Source: the human T2T-CHM13v2.0 reference genome, Homo sapiens
Reading direction: 5' to 3' (one strand)
Length of the DNA: 64,000 bases
Assembly: GCF_009914755.1 (NCBI RefSeq)
Contig: NC_060925.1
The notes beneath the pieces are model-generated. The model saw only the letters and a list, made by a program, of their open reading frames with translations. It did not search any database and was not told where the DNA came from. Both the position numbers and the translations under genes were made by a program. Shown in pieces: positions 35,429 through 50,579 of this stretch (position 1 is the first letter of the stretch; the number at the start of each line of letters is the position of its first letter).

Positions 35429-35679
35429 GTGACAAAGATTCTTTACTTGGCCAAACTCAGAGGAGATTCTTTACTTGGCCAAATTCAGAGGAGATTCACG
35501 CCTCTGAATCTCCTAGGTCCATCCGTGTTGTTCCTCAAAATCCAGTTTTAGCAAAAGAACCCTGCCTAGCCGGTTTCGCCAGAACCTCGGTACTCAGAAT
35601 CTTCATGTTCCTCATCCTTCACCACCCTCGGGTGCTGTCTGATCACCCTGGCCTGTCTTCAGCAAGAATCCAGTTAGGT
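35429..35679 (+). mobile_element. ERV1 LTR (MER31-like), 5' half
   Basis: tgacaaagattc...aaaatccagttttagcaa...ctgatcaccctggcctgtcttcagcaagaatcc. Includes a 28-bp tandem duplication at 35436-35497. Confidence 0.75.
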
Positions 35680-37700
<2,021 letters not shown>

Positions 37701-37714
37701 AAGAAGCCTGACCT

Positions 37715-37951
37715 AATACTGTTAGGTGAGGTTAGCCAGAATCCCCCTTACCTGGATATTTCCTCTTGGTAATTTTCCATCTACCGACCCCCACACTGCC
37801 CCTTGGCTACCAATTCCCACGTGCCCACAATGTATTTGGAGCTGAGCCTAATCTTTCTCCCCCAGTGCAAGACCTGGTTGCAGTGGTCCCTGTACCTATC
37901 GCCATGGTCCTGTGCTTTAACAAACAGGACTGAGTATTTTTTTCTGTAACA
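37715..37951 (+). mobile_element. ERV1 LTR (MER31-like), 3' half
   Basis: gttagccagaatcccccttac...aattttccatc...gtggtccctgtacctatcgc...tgtaaca continues the LTR broken at 35679. Confidence 0.75.
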
Positions 37952-38830
37952 GCAGGATCTGAGTACAGGTTGTTGGTGTCACCACAGCCACACTAGGCCC
38001 TGAACGTCTGACCACCCCCTGTTCTTGGAGCCTCAGTCACTACACAGATTGGCTCGCTCTGGCCTTCTTGACTCTTAACATTGCCCAGAAGGATTCACCA
38101 CCACTTTCAGCGTCATAGTTCTTTGCTTTCACCATTCCGAGTCGGTCGTCATAGAATATGCTATCATAAGTCACTCAAAATCCAAAATATGCCTCTGATA
38201 TAAAGTTACACTGCTTATGCCAAGTCAGTGGTCTTGCCAAATGTGGCCATACTCTGGAGGTGACTTTGTGCACATATGTTCCCAGTATTTTCTATCCATG
38301 CTCAGTTAAGCAGTGCCATTTCCCTTGGCACAGAGTTTAAATTAGTTATTTGCAAACCTAAATTCACATTTCTTTTTCACCTATCACACCGCTCTCTCTA
38401 AATAACAGAGTAAAAACACTTACGCAGATAATTTGGGTAGGGAAACTGGGGATGGATTTCACAGTCATTCATCATTAGCCTGACAAGTCTTTGAGTTAGG
38501 GATTGAACACTCCGGCATATTAGTTGGCTATTTGTTATTGAGAGCACCAGCTCTCAAGATCACAGGACATATAAGGTAAGTGATGAAGGATACACAATGG
38601 CATTTAGAGAAACTACACAAGAACTGAAGAAAAACAAGGAGGCACATTGTTTCTGCATCACTCTTATTACCTGCAAACCAGGGGATGGATAATTTAAAAT
38701 ACCAGCGGAGTCCACGGCAGCCGACAGCCTGTTACCTTCCTTGGTTACAGAAAGATGCGGGGGTGAATTACCCACTCCATGGCTGCTTTACCGCGATGCA
38801 CAGTACACGTCAGATCTCTTGAAAATACTC

Positions 38831-39125
<295 letters not shown>

Positions 39126-40748
39126 CTACCTCCTACGAGTCTGACTGTGCTGCTTGTGATCTGACCAGGAGAACTCTCCACTTTTCCCCTGTGTTGTCCT
39201 TTTTCATAATCCCTGCTTAGTAATCACTTCCACCAAGAAGAAACGTCTCAACTTTCTCATGTGTGAGATTCAACCAGTCACCCTACTCTTCATTATTACA
39301 AACAAAAGGTCAAGTTCTCCTTTTCTTGAGTTATATACAGATTTAATTAGTTATTTCTAATAAAAAATAAAATTCCACATGATCCTTTCTTTCCCTCTAG
39401 CTTTATTTTGCACAAATGCTCTCATTTCCCCCCTACATCTAAATGCAAAACAGAATATATTCACTAAAGGAATCAGGGTTTGATGATTACAGCAAACAAC
39501 TGCATTTGCATATGTGAGGTTTCCAACTTTGAATTCAAAGACAATAAATAGCAAAATGATTTAGATTAGAATTTGCCGTTTCTGGAAAAAAAATGTTATC
39601 AATGACAGGAAAAGAAATGTTGGTGTCAAAGAAAATAAAACAGAAATACCTGTAAATAAAGATGAGTATCTATCAATTATACCATGATAAAGCTGGGTGG
39701 GAGGGAGATTATTACTGTAAAACTTGTTTGAAGGGGAAAAAATTAACCAAAGCATTATCAATAAACGACTAAAAAGCTGAAACGTAAGGATCACTTTGGG
39801 AAATGAAGCAAAATCAAACACCAGGAAACAAGGCATGAAAAGAAAAGGATTAAGGGAACAGATGAGTTGATGACAAAAAAGTTACAAAGACCAGGAGGAA
39901 AAAGAAATATGAGAATTACCGATTGTAATAAAGAAAAAGAAAAAGACTGACAAGCATAGGAAAAAAAATGACGTTTTTATGGCTGCTTGATGATAGTTCA
40001 GTCCATTGTCAACCTAACTAGAATCAATCAGAAAGCCGATCCTCAGAAGCAAATGAGTGAAGAGGCCTCTGGGTAAAGGCTGAGAGTACTGGTTGATGGG
40101 CATCACTGTTACCACTGTTCTCACCTAACTTGAGAAGATTGTGATACTAGCTCCCCAAATGCTCCTGTTAATGGCATGTACCCTACTCTTAGCAGGTCTC
40201 ACATTCTGTGCAAAAACACTGAAAGTCAACATAATATGTTTTGTAGTGTAATGGAGACAGATCAGGTTTTTACTAAGCTAAAAGGAGATACAGCCTTGGC
40301 TACGCACTCGAGCAGAACGCTGTGAAAACGCATACTAAAATGATGAGCCTGAACTCCCCACATGCCCCCAAGTGCATACAGGGTTGTGTCTCTGCAAAAG
40401 CCTCTACCCATTGAGGTTTCCTTGTGCAGGGGATAGTCTGTATCTAGATGCTATATCAAGGTGAAGATCAAGTATCTTTAGTTTTCATAAAATACTAGAT
40501 TCCAAACAGAAAGGTAATTATCAGACAGAGTAGGTGGCAATTAGAGGCTGAGCAGGAGGCTCTAAGAATCTAAAAGGAATTTGGTCGGCATGTGATCATG
40601 AAATCCCCAAAACATTCCAGAAAGTGATAAAAATAAACACCTTTGGGTAAAGTGTTATTTCCCCAAAGAGGAATTGAAGCTAGTTAGATCTCTTTGGTCA
40701 TAATATATATTATCAGTATATCTGGAGAAAGAAACAAAGCAAGATTAC

Positions 40749-40769
40749 CTTTTCTTCTTCTTCTTCCAT
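40749..40769 (-). CDS. SMYD3: Alternative N-terminal coding segment MEEEEEK of a short SMYD3 isoform (within candidate exon 40749-40799)
   Basis: The minus strand reads aaactATGGAAGAAGAAGAAGAAAAG|gtaatc: strong Kozak context, GAA-rich enhancer-like run and a phase-0 donor in frame with exon 6. Possible acceptor gtgcag| at 40800-40801. This agrees with my recollection (unverified) of a curated SMYD3 isoform beginning MEEEEE. Confidence 0.72.
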
Positions 40770-40937
40770 AGTTTAAATTTGCTACATTGGGAAACTTCAC
40801 TGCACATTAATATATCAACTCCAACTAGACCAAAATCTTTCAATTAACTAAAAACATTTTTTAGGATGTAACTCTGAAAAAAATAAAAAGTGAGAAAAAG
40901 CAAACATAAAGTAAACTGGCTTAAAAGTAGGGTTCAG

Positions 40938-41236
40938 TTTGTTTTGTTTTGTTTTTGAGACAGAGTCTCGCTCTGTCACCCAGGCTGGAGTGCAGTGGTG
41001 TGATCTCGGCTCACTGCAAGCTCCGCCTCCTGGGTTCAAGCAATTCTCTGCCTCAGCATCCTGAGTAGCTGGGATTATAGGCGCCTGACACCACGTCTGG
41101 CTAATTTTTTGTATTTTTAGTACAGACAGGGTTTCACCATCTTGGCCAGGCTGATCTTGAACTCCTGACCTCATGATACACCAGCCTTGTCCTCCCAAAG
41201 TGCCGGGATCACAGGCATGAGCCACCGTGCCTGGCC
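40938..41236 (-). mobile_element. AluS (Sg-like)
   Basis: TSD AAGTAGGGTTCAGTTT at 40925-40940 and 41237-41252. Confidence 0.94.
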
Positions 41237-41907
41237 AAGTAGGGTTCAGTTTTTAAAAATAAACAGCAGCAACAACAAAAACCCCACATGTACTTTCAAA
41301 AGTATGTTCTGTGATTACTCTTGTGCCTGGTTCTTCAAACAAACACAGGACTTTTCACAAATGAAGCCTGCATGTTCAATGCTGAATAAGATTAAAACGT
41401 GTTTAGCTCATTGTACCTACAGAAACACAACAGAACTTCAGCAAGATTTTCAACAATGATTATTTTAATTTTAAAAAGGATTTTGTGTAACTTTGTTTAA
41501 ATCTGATAATCCTCTTTACTTCAAAAAATTAAAGAAGAAAGTGAAAGTAATACTTGGAAGCAAAATGAAACTAACACGAAGTGTATCAGGTACTTTTCCA
41601 CATTAACTCACTGATGTAATTAAATTACAAATGCTCAGCGTCCTAAGGGGTCAACACTGTAATTAGGAAAAGTGTATTTCTCCTTAGTCCTTATACCATT
41701 TGCCCTGGTATAAATGCTTGTAGTAAACATTGTTACTCTTTCTCAGACAAGCGTTTTAAAGATGCTAGTTAAAATGTAGTTGGTAGCTAGTTTCCTGAGT
41801 CAATATGGCAATTATACCAATAAAATTGCAGATCAAGATGAGCCAGAGGCAGTAAGGAACAGGCCAAAGAAAAACAGGAAGAAAAGGGGACGATAAAGAA
41901 AGTGGTA

Positions 41908-42210
41908 GGCCAGGTGTGGTGGCTCACACACCTGTAATCTTAGCACTTTGGGAGACTGAGGCGGGCAGATTACTTGAGCCTAGATGTTTGAGACCAGCCT
42001 GGGCAACATGGTGAAACCCTGTCTCTACAGAAAATGCTAAAACATTAGCCGAGCATGCTGGCAGGCACCAGCAGTCACAGCTACTCAGGAAGCTGAGGTG
42101 GAAGGCTCGCTTGAGCCCCCAGGAAGCAGGGGTTGCAGTGAGCCAATATAGCACCACTGCAGCCACTGTCCAGCCTTGGTGACACAGCAAGACTGTCGCA
42201 AATTAAATTT
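41908..42210 (+). mobile_element. AluJ
   Basis: ttacttgagcctagatgtttgagaccagcctgggcaac; flanks agtggtag. Confidence 0.9.
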
Positions 42211-42613
42211 TAAAACAGTGGTAGTTTATTCCAAATTCATGTGCTAATCAAATCATATCTCTGTGCCACTCTCACATTCAGCCCTTTCTTCCCGTTTCCA
42301 CTGCAGGTATTTGTCTCCTGTATTCATTATCTCTTACTTGCAACTTTCCAAGTCAATCTCTCTGGTCCCTGTCTTTTTCCAAACCATTCTTTAAATTGTC
42401 ATCAGATAAATCTTTTTTAAAAACAGATTTGATTTTACAAAAGAGAAACAGGAGATCTACCCAGTAGTTGCAGAATAAAGACAAAATTCTCTCGTGTGAC
42501 ATCAAACGCCCCCTATAATCTACTCCCATCCTGTGTTTCCCTGCACCCAACACGTATTTCAGTTATCCTGGCTTCTCTGTCATTCCCAAGTCAGGTTGTG
42601 GGCCCATGTGGTG

Positions 42614-42894
<281 letters not shown>

Positions 42895-43104
42895 GCCCAT
42901 GTGGTTTTATGTCTTTTCTTTTTTTTTGGCATATGATTGCCAGGTCATAGCTTTTATATCTTTATTCATAGTTTCCTCTTTTAAAAATATCTTTTTCACT
43001 ACTGCGATCGCTCATAATTTTATTCATCCTTTAGGATCCAGCTTAAATGTCACCTCCTTCAAGAAACTTTCCTACATCCAAATAGATTTACCTGATACCT
43101 GAGT

Positions 43105-43304
43105 ATAGATAGTACAGTATATTGTTATAATTGTTCTATTTTAGTATTATTGTTGTTAATCTACTGTGCCTAAGTTATAAATTAAACTTTATTGTAAGTA
43201 TGTATACATAAGAAAAAACAGTATACATGAGGTTCAGTACTATCCATGGTGTCAGGCACCCTCTGGGGTACTGGAATGTATCCCCCATGGATAAGGAGGC
43301 ACTA
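43105..43304 (+). mobile_element. MER44 (Tigger-derived) terminal fragment
   Basis: ggttcagtactatccatgg...tggaatgtatcccccatggataagg. Confidence 0.75.
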
Positions 43305-43599
43305 AGCAACATATTGTATGTTTAGCTTTGCATACTTTTGGCTACTTACAGATGGAATCATACTGCATTTATGATTTTGCAATTTGTTTTGGGTTTTTTT
43401 TTTTTTGGCTCAACATTATATCCTAAGATTCATTTATGTTGATGCATGTTGCTATAGTTCATAGCTGACAGACCTCTTGATGTGTCTTCTAGGAGGCGCT
43501 TATGAAGAGAATTTCCATAGGAACACTGTTTGTAAATGCAAAAAATTACAAATGACCCTATGTTCATTACTAGGTTATACAAATAGATAACATTATTTT

Positions 43600-43733
43600 C
43601 TATTTTTTCATTTTTCAGAGATGGGGTCTCATTTTGTTGCCCAGGCTGGTCTCAAACTCCTGGGATCAAGCAATCCTCCTGCCTGGGCCTCCCAAAGTGT
43701 TGGGATTATAGGCGTGAGCCACAGTATTCAGCC
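43600..43733 (-). mobile_element. Alu monomer (FLAM-like)
   Basis: Single left arm followed directly by an A-rich tail. Confidence 0.85.
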
Positions 43734-46387
43734 TCTTGGTATTTTCTATACTAGCACCTACTAATGTATATGGCACATAGTATACTCTCTACAATAAATG
43801 CTTTTTAAGATAAACGAATTTGAGAAGAAAAGTTATGTCTGATTCATTGTGGCTTCCTCATCCATAGAGGCCAGCACATGCTCAGATGCTCAGTCAAGAT
43901 CTGATATTCAGCCACAAAAGGCTAGCAGTGGACAGGCAGGAAATAATCTGAGCTGACACAAGTGAGGGAGCAAAACAGGACGTGTGACGTGTTGGGTGCC
44001 TACCCCTAGCGAGGCAGGCAGAGCATTATTTTTTATGAGGTTAATTCCACCTGCTTACTTTTGAGTCCTACAAACCACTGTAGTTCACAAGAATTCCTTT
44101 CTTCTCTTGTGACTCTCTGTCTCCCCAGCCTCAGCTAATTCCCTCTCCCTGTCTTTGTCTCCCTCCTTCTACTTCTCCTCCTCCTCCTGTACTACTCCCC
44201 TACTCCCCTGGGTATGAGCCTGCTTCGGTACTCTGGGAAGGGTTTAGTGATGGTGGTAAAAACTGACTTCTTGATTTCCTTCCTTGCCTGCCAGCGAAGT
44301 CATCTTCCAGCAACTTCTTCCATTCTGTTGGAGCAATGATTTGTCTCTCACTATGCCATCCTTTGGTTTGAACATTGCATACCCATCTTAAGGCAGTTGA
44401 TCCACCCTGCTTATTGCCTTTTTGGCATATTGGATGCCAGCTCTTGAGCAGAACCAAACCCCTGGAAAACTGATCACCATCTCAACATCTTATTAAACTA
44501 ATTCTCATTTTGCTAAACTAGAAACGAATCATCAGGCTAACACTGCCAGTGAAGATGCAATGTAAGACAAATTATACCAAACCACCAATAGGCATGTATT
44601 CATCTGCAGCACCAGCCAACTACTCTCAAAAGAACTGATACAGAAAATGATGAAAAGGAATTAAATCCAAAAGTAAAGAGACGACTGCCAACTACAGATA
44701 AGATTTTCCATGAAATTGAGTATTATTCGGTTCATCTCACTCTGACTTCATTTTATTACAGTTTAGACCTGACTAGCTAAAAAAAGAAAGACCATCGCTT
44801 TGACACACAATAGAAGTAAAAATAAAGCTGACATGTCACCCTTTCCTTCATTCCTGTTTTCAATATTCAATCTTCCCCCTTTCCCTTTCCCATCACCTAC
44901 TACACTCACTTCCACTGTAACATTTCTTTCTCCTCTCTTAGAAAAGATCCTTAGAGGAAATTAAAATGTGGCCAGTCCTTACTCTTTAACGTCAACGTTT
45001 CTCTCAGCATGCACTTCTCTAACTTGAGCTATCATTTCACTAAAATAACTCAACTCTTTCTTTTCTGAATCTTCCCTAGCGTTGCTGTATTTCTTACACC
45101 CGCTTGGATTCATGCCCACTCGCTGCTCAGGATATATTGTGTCTATACTTGAGTAGGCACAAAATGCTTTTTCAAACAAAACGTATCTGTCATATCAGTA
45201 CTGTTTCCTCCATATACGTCAACCAAATTAAATAGCTTCCCTGACCTTTTGTCTACTTTCTTTGCCTTCCGAGTATCCTCATCATCTAACTCTTGGCCTG
45301 GTAAAACAGGATATGTGGAAAAGTCATAACTTACCTTCCTCATTATTTTCTCTATCAAGCCATAAAAAGTAATAAGGGAAACCTTTACTTTGGGCTTACC
45401 TTCACTCCAAAATGTAGAATTGTGTGGTTAGGTTTAAAAAATGACAGAATTCTTGCAAGAAAATGTTAATCTAATGTTAGAACTCCTAGCAGACAAGGTA
45501 GGGACGCTGAATGTAATTATTCAGAGACTTTGAGAAAAAAAAAGCGGGGGGGAGAAACAAGCGGGTTTTCTATCTGCAATGAGCCCAGCACTTTATGAGG
45601 TGCCTGTCTAGATTCTTTTTTTACCACGAAAGTTGGGAGAAGCTACTATCACCCTCATTTCACAAACGAGGCTTCTAAGGCTCAAAGAGGCTTAAGTGGT
45701 GCCAGATATTGAATCCAGGTTTTTCTGATCCTCATGTTCCAAAGCAGGACAAGTTAAATCTGAAAGCATCTTAAGAGGAATGAGCTATAAAATAACATTC
45801 TGACAATACAATCATACACGATGCAGACTGCTTATCCATGAAGGCCCTTCACAATCTGGCCTCTGCATCCTTTCCTCACCCTTCCTCTCATCACCGGCCA
45901 CAAATCTCCCTTTTTCCAGCCCTACAGAACACCATACACCATTTTCTAAAGTGCTGTGCTGATGAATGTACTTTCCACAGGCTCTTTCATTCGTGTGACT
46001 GCCCTTTCTCTTGCTTCATCTATCTCCTACTCCAAAACTTAGCTCAAGGGTTGCCTCCTTCAGGAAGCTTTTCCTCATTCTCCAGTCTGATTTAGGTTCT
46101 CCTCCTCCGTAGCAAAGTACATACCCCTAACAATACCACTTACCCCACTGAACCATCATTGCTGATTTACTTGTCTGTTTCTTTTACTACTAGGGTTATT
46201 CCTAGAAAGAAGAAGCTACATTTTATCCTACTTTGTATCTCTTTCATATAGTACAGTGACTGACACATCATAGGTGCTCCAGACCCCAAATAGAAGAACT
46301 GGGACAGAAATCAAAGGGTAGTATATCTGGGATCACCACCCTGGGGGAGTGGGCTATCTCATGAACCAGTATTTAAGCAGAGGCTAG

Positions 46388-46777
<390 letters not shown>

Positions 46778-47294
46778 AAGAGCTCTTTACACTAAGTGAG
46801 GAGCAGTGTTAGGCAAGCCAAGACATCCATGCTTGCTCTGTTATTCTACGGCTCCCGACAGCTCCAGATCAAAGTTTTCTGATGAAGATGGGCCAACATC
46901 TCAGAAGACAGGATGGCACAACAGTAACACAACTATCATAGTTAGAAAACCTGGGTTCTGGCTCTGACTTGGTTGTGTGATTTTTGGTAGACAGTCCCAA
47001 AAGTCTTGGGTGATTTCATCTCAGTTTCCCTATTTATAAAACAAAGGGTGAAAGGTAAGCTAGGGGGAGCTGACCAACTAGATGGTCTGTTAAACGCCTT
47101 CCAGTGCTAAGAGAATTGCCTTATTTTCCCATTGCTCACTGTGTTCTCTTGTGACCACCTGAAGGTCTCTGCCAGCTCATCTTATACCAGTGCTGTCTTC
47201 CCTGTTTGATGGCTCATTTCTCTAAATAAAGCATAACATTCACAGAACAAAATGAGTAAAATCTCTGTTTTTTTAGTTCACTGGACAACATCAC

Positions 47295-47595
47295 TTTTCT
47301 TTTTTCATTTTTGAGACAGGGTCTTGCTCTGTTGCCCAGGCTGTAGTATGGTAGTGCCGTCACAGCTCACTGTGGCCTGGACCTCCCAGGCTCAAGTGAT
47401 TTTCCTACCTCAGCCTCCTGAGTAGCTGAGACTGCAGGTGTGTGCCACCATGCCCGGCTAACTTTTTCCATTTTCTGTAGAGACAAGGTTTCATCATGTT
47501 GCCCAAGCTGCTCTCAAACTCGTGACTCAAATGATCCACCAGCCTCAGCCTCCCAAAGTGCTGGGATTACAGGTGTGAGCCACATGTGCTCGGCC
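47295..47595 (-). mobile_element. AluJ
   Basis: gagacagggtcttgctctg...cacagctcactgtggcctggacctcc. Confidence 0.92.
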
Positions 47596-47988
47596 ACATA
47601 TCTTTTTATTTTAAAATATTAATAAAACAAAATTATGCAGGTAAACTCTGAGTCCAAAGGGAAATTGGCATTGACTTACAAAATTTAATCAGATACTTAG
47701 AATTCACTGAGTTAACACGTGCATACTTGACCTTGCTTGATGCAAAGATCTGTGATATGTAATCATTTGCTACTTCACTGAAGATGTTTGAATCCTCCTT
47801 GTTGTAAGGTTGACTCCACAGGAAAAGACTGATTCACATGGCTTTGTTATCATTGGCTTTCTGTTATGAAAGCAGACAATTTAGGTCAAGGGACAACAAT
47901 CTATTTTTCTGCCTGAAAATGACCCCGACATGAAAACCAACTGATAGATTGGTTCATTTCTATTACCAGCACTAAAGAATGGGCATAG

Positions 47989-48289
<301 letters not shown>

Positions 48290-50579
48290 TTACTTTAATC
48301 CTGAATTTATAGAATCGTTACACATCTAGAGGAATTACTTAACTTTTTCAGATATACTTTGCATTTTTCACAGAGAGAAAAATAATTACATAGGCATTTT
48401 CACATTTGGAAGTTCATAACTCCCTCGGGACCTATTCCACAGGAAGGCCGAAGGCCAAAGGTCTCTTGTATATTATCTAGCTCCTTAAAATGGCAACATT
48501 TAAAAAAAAATCTAACCTCCTTCTCCCCCAAATCAATTCAGTTTGTTGAAATTCTTCCATATGCCTTAAAACTACCAAGGGAAGGCAGAGTCAGACAAGG
48601 TTTAAATGTTTGTAGGCATCTGAGAAAGAATTGAAAACAATCAGAGTAGAGATGGTGGTCTACTCTGCATTCTCCCTTGGGCGCTACCACAAAGGCACTT
48701 CTCTGTACCCATCAGCAGAGCCGCACATGCTCTCTCTTCTCATAGAAACAGGGTCAACCCTCATTTCTAGGAACATAATTTTCAACCACAAAGTTCCCTT
48801 CCATTTTTTACTTTCCTGACATCAGTCTGCTAAGTGAAGATATCTCGGTAAGAACTCCAATTTTAAGGGGAATGAATCTTTACAGAATGTACTTTATCTT
48901 GTCAGCACTTTGAATCTAAATTTCCTTCTCACCCTTTCACCCTAAAATATCAGCTTGCATCAGGCACAAAGGAAGATGCACAGCTGCAAGTGCTCAAGAT
49001 GACTAAGGAAGGAAAAGCAGACAAGTCACTAATTACTCTCCAAACTGGAGGCCTAAACAGAAGAATCATCCTTCTCTTCTACCTGTTGTTTCTGGAATAG
49101 TTTATGTCAGTAATGGAAAATTTAAACACTGTCATATAATTCCATTTTTTTTCCCCACTCCAGCTCTTAAAAACATCCTAGATGTTAAGATGTGTAGCCT
49201 AGGACAGTGGTTTTCACACAGTGCTCTAAGGAACCTTTAGAGCCAGACACACAGAGGAGGTATCAATAGGAGGGGTCTGATGCCCCTTCGACACATGTTA
49301 CTATAATTAACATGTATTTTGAGACTGAGAATGTAGGCTCCATGAAAGCCGGGATTCCTGTTTCCTCACAGCCATCACCTCGTCCTTTTAACAGGGCCCA
49401 GAATACAGTAAGCTGCCGGATAAAAGTTTTTTGACTGAATAAACTGCACGGTTATTACAGCTGGGAACTGATTTCGCTGATTTCCACGGTAACCCTGTGA
49501 GGCATGTATAGTAGTTATCCTCACTTTGCAGATGGGCAAACTGAGGCTCAGAGCAGCCTGGCTTCCAAGACCCTCCTTCTAAACATCATACCACATGACA
49601 CAGCCTCCCACGTGAGCCAGCAGCTGTATTTCATCTGTTTTACATGTGAGGTTTCCCACCATTTGACTGGAGAAAGGTCGATGTTAGGGGAGAAAAAACC
49701 ATTTAAAAACCACCAACTTCATGGTGAAATCCAAAGGCTGCAAGTAATCAATCTCACTCCTTGCTCTGTTTTTCCTGCCACCCTTGGGACTTGACGCAAG
49801 TGGCTTAACTGCTCATTGTTTCAGGTTCCTCATCTTATTTTACAACCTATCTTGCAAGATGAGTATACATGAAATATTAGAGGATCCTGATGTTGTCAGA
49901 AGTGTAGTTTTGCGGATGTTGATCCCAGAATTGTGAAACAAGGACACGGTTGAGATGATCGCTAAACTCTGCCTGAAGTTCAACGCCTCTGTCATTGAAG
50001 ACCTTGCACAGTGCCGTCCACATGGTTATTTTATTCCTCCATGTCCTTACCAACTAAACAAGCCATATGATTTTAGGTTTCGTGGCCAGACAGCCTGGCT
50101 AAGCTCCTATCAACATGTCAGCCAGATGAGGTGAAGAGATGGAGAAACAAACCTGCATGTGGGTTGCGTCGAACAATAAAGAGAAAACAGAGACCAAAAA
50201 TCTTGTGCCAAGGTTTGACCTCAACAACCGCAAAACCAATCATTGCTGTGTTGTTTCACTATGTTTCTAGAAACATCCATAGAGGAGAAACCAAAGTCGG
50301 CCTGAATACATGTTAATAGCTTTCACGGGCTTACTTCTGATATTTTAAACAGGCAACAAAAAAGAAAAACCAAGTTTCAGATCTTGCCAGAAATTGGGGT
50401 TTCACTTAACTGTAAAACAGTCAAGGGGAGTTTATCAGGTAAGACACGAAGCCTTTCTTTATAAGCTCTTATAAGACTAGAGACCACTGGATTGCCGTGC
50501 AGTTACTGCCGCTGGCATTATTTTCTTAGCACACTAAGAAAAATAAAAATGTTCAAAGTCCTGTTTTTAAAAACAGGAT

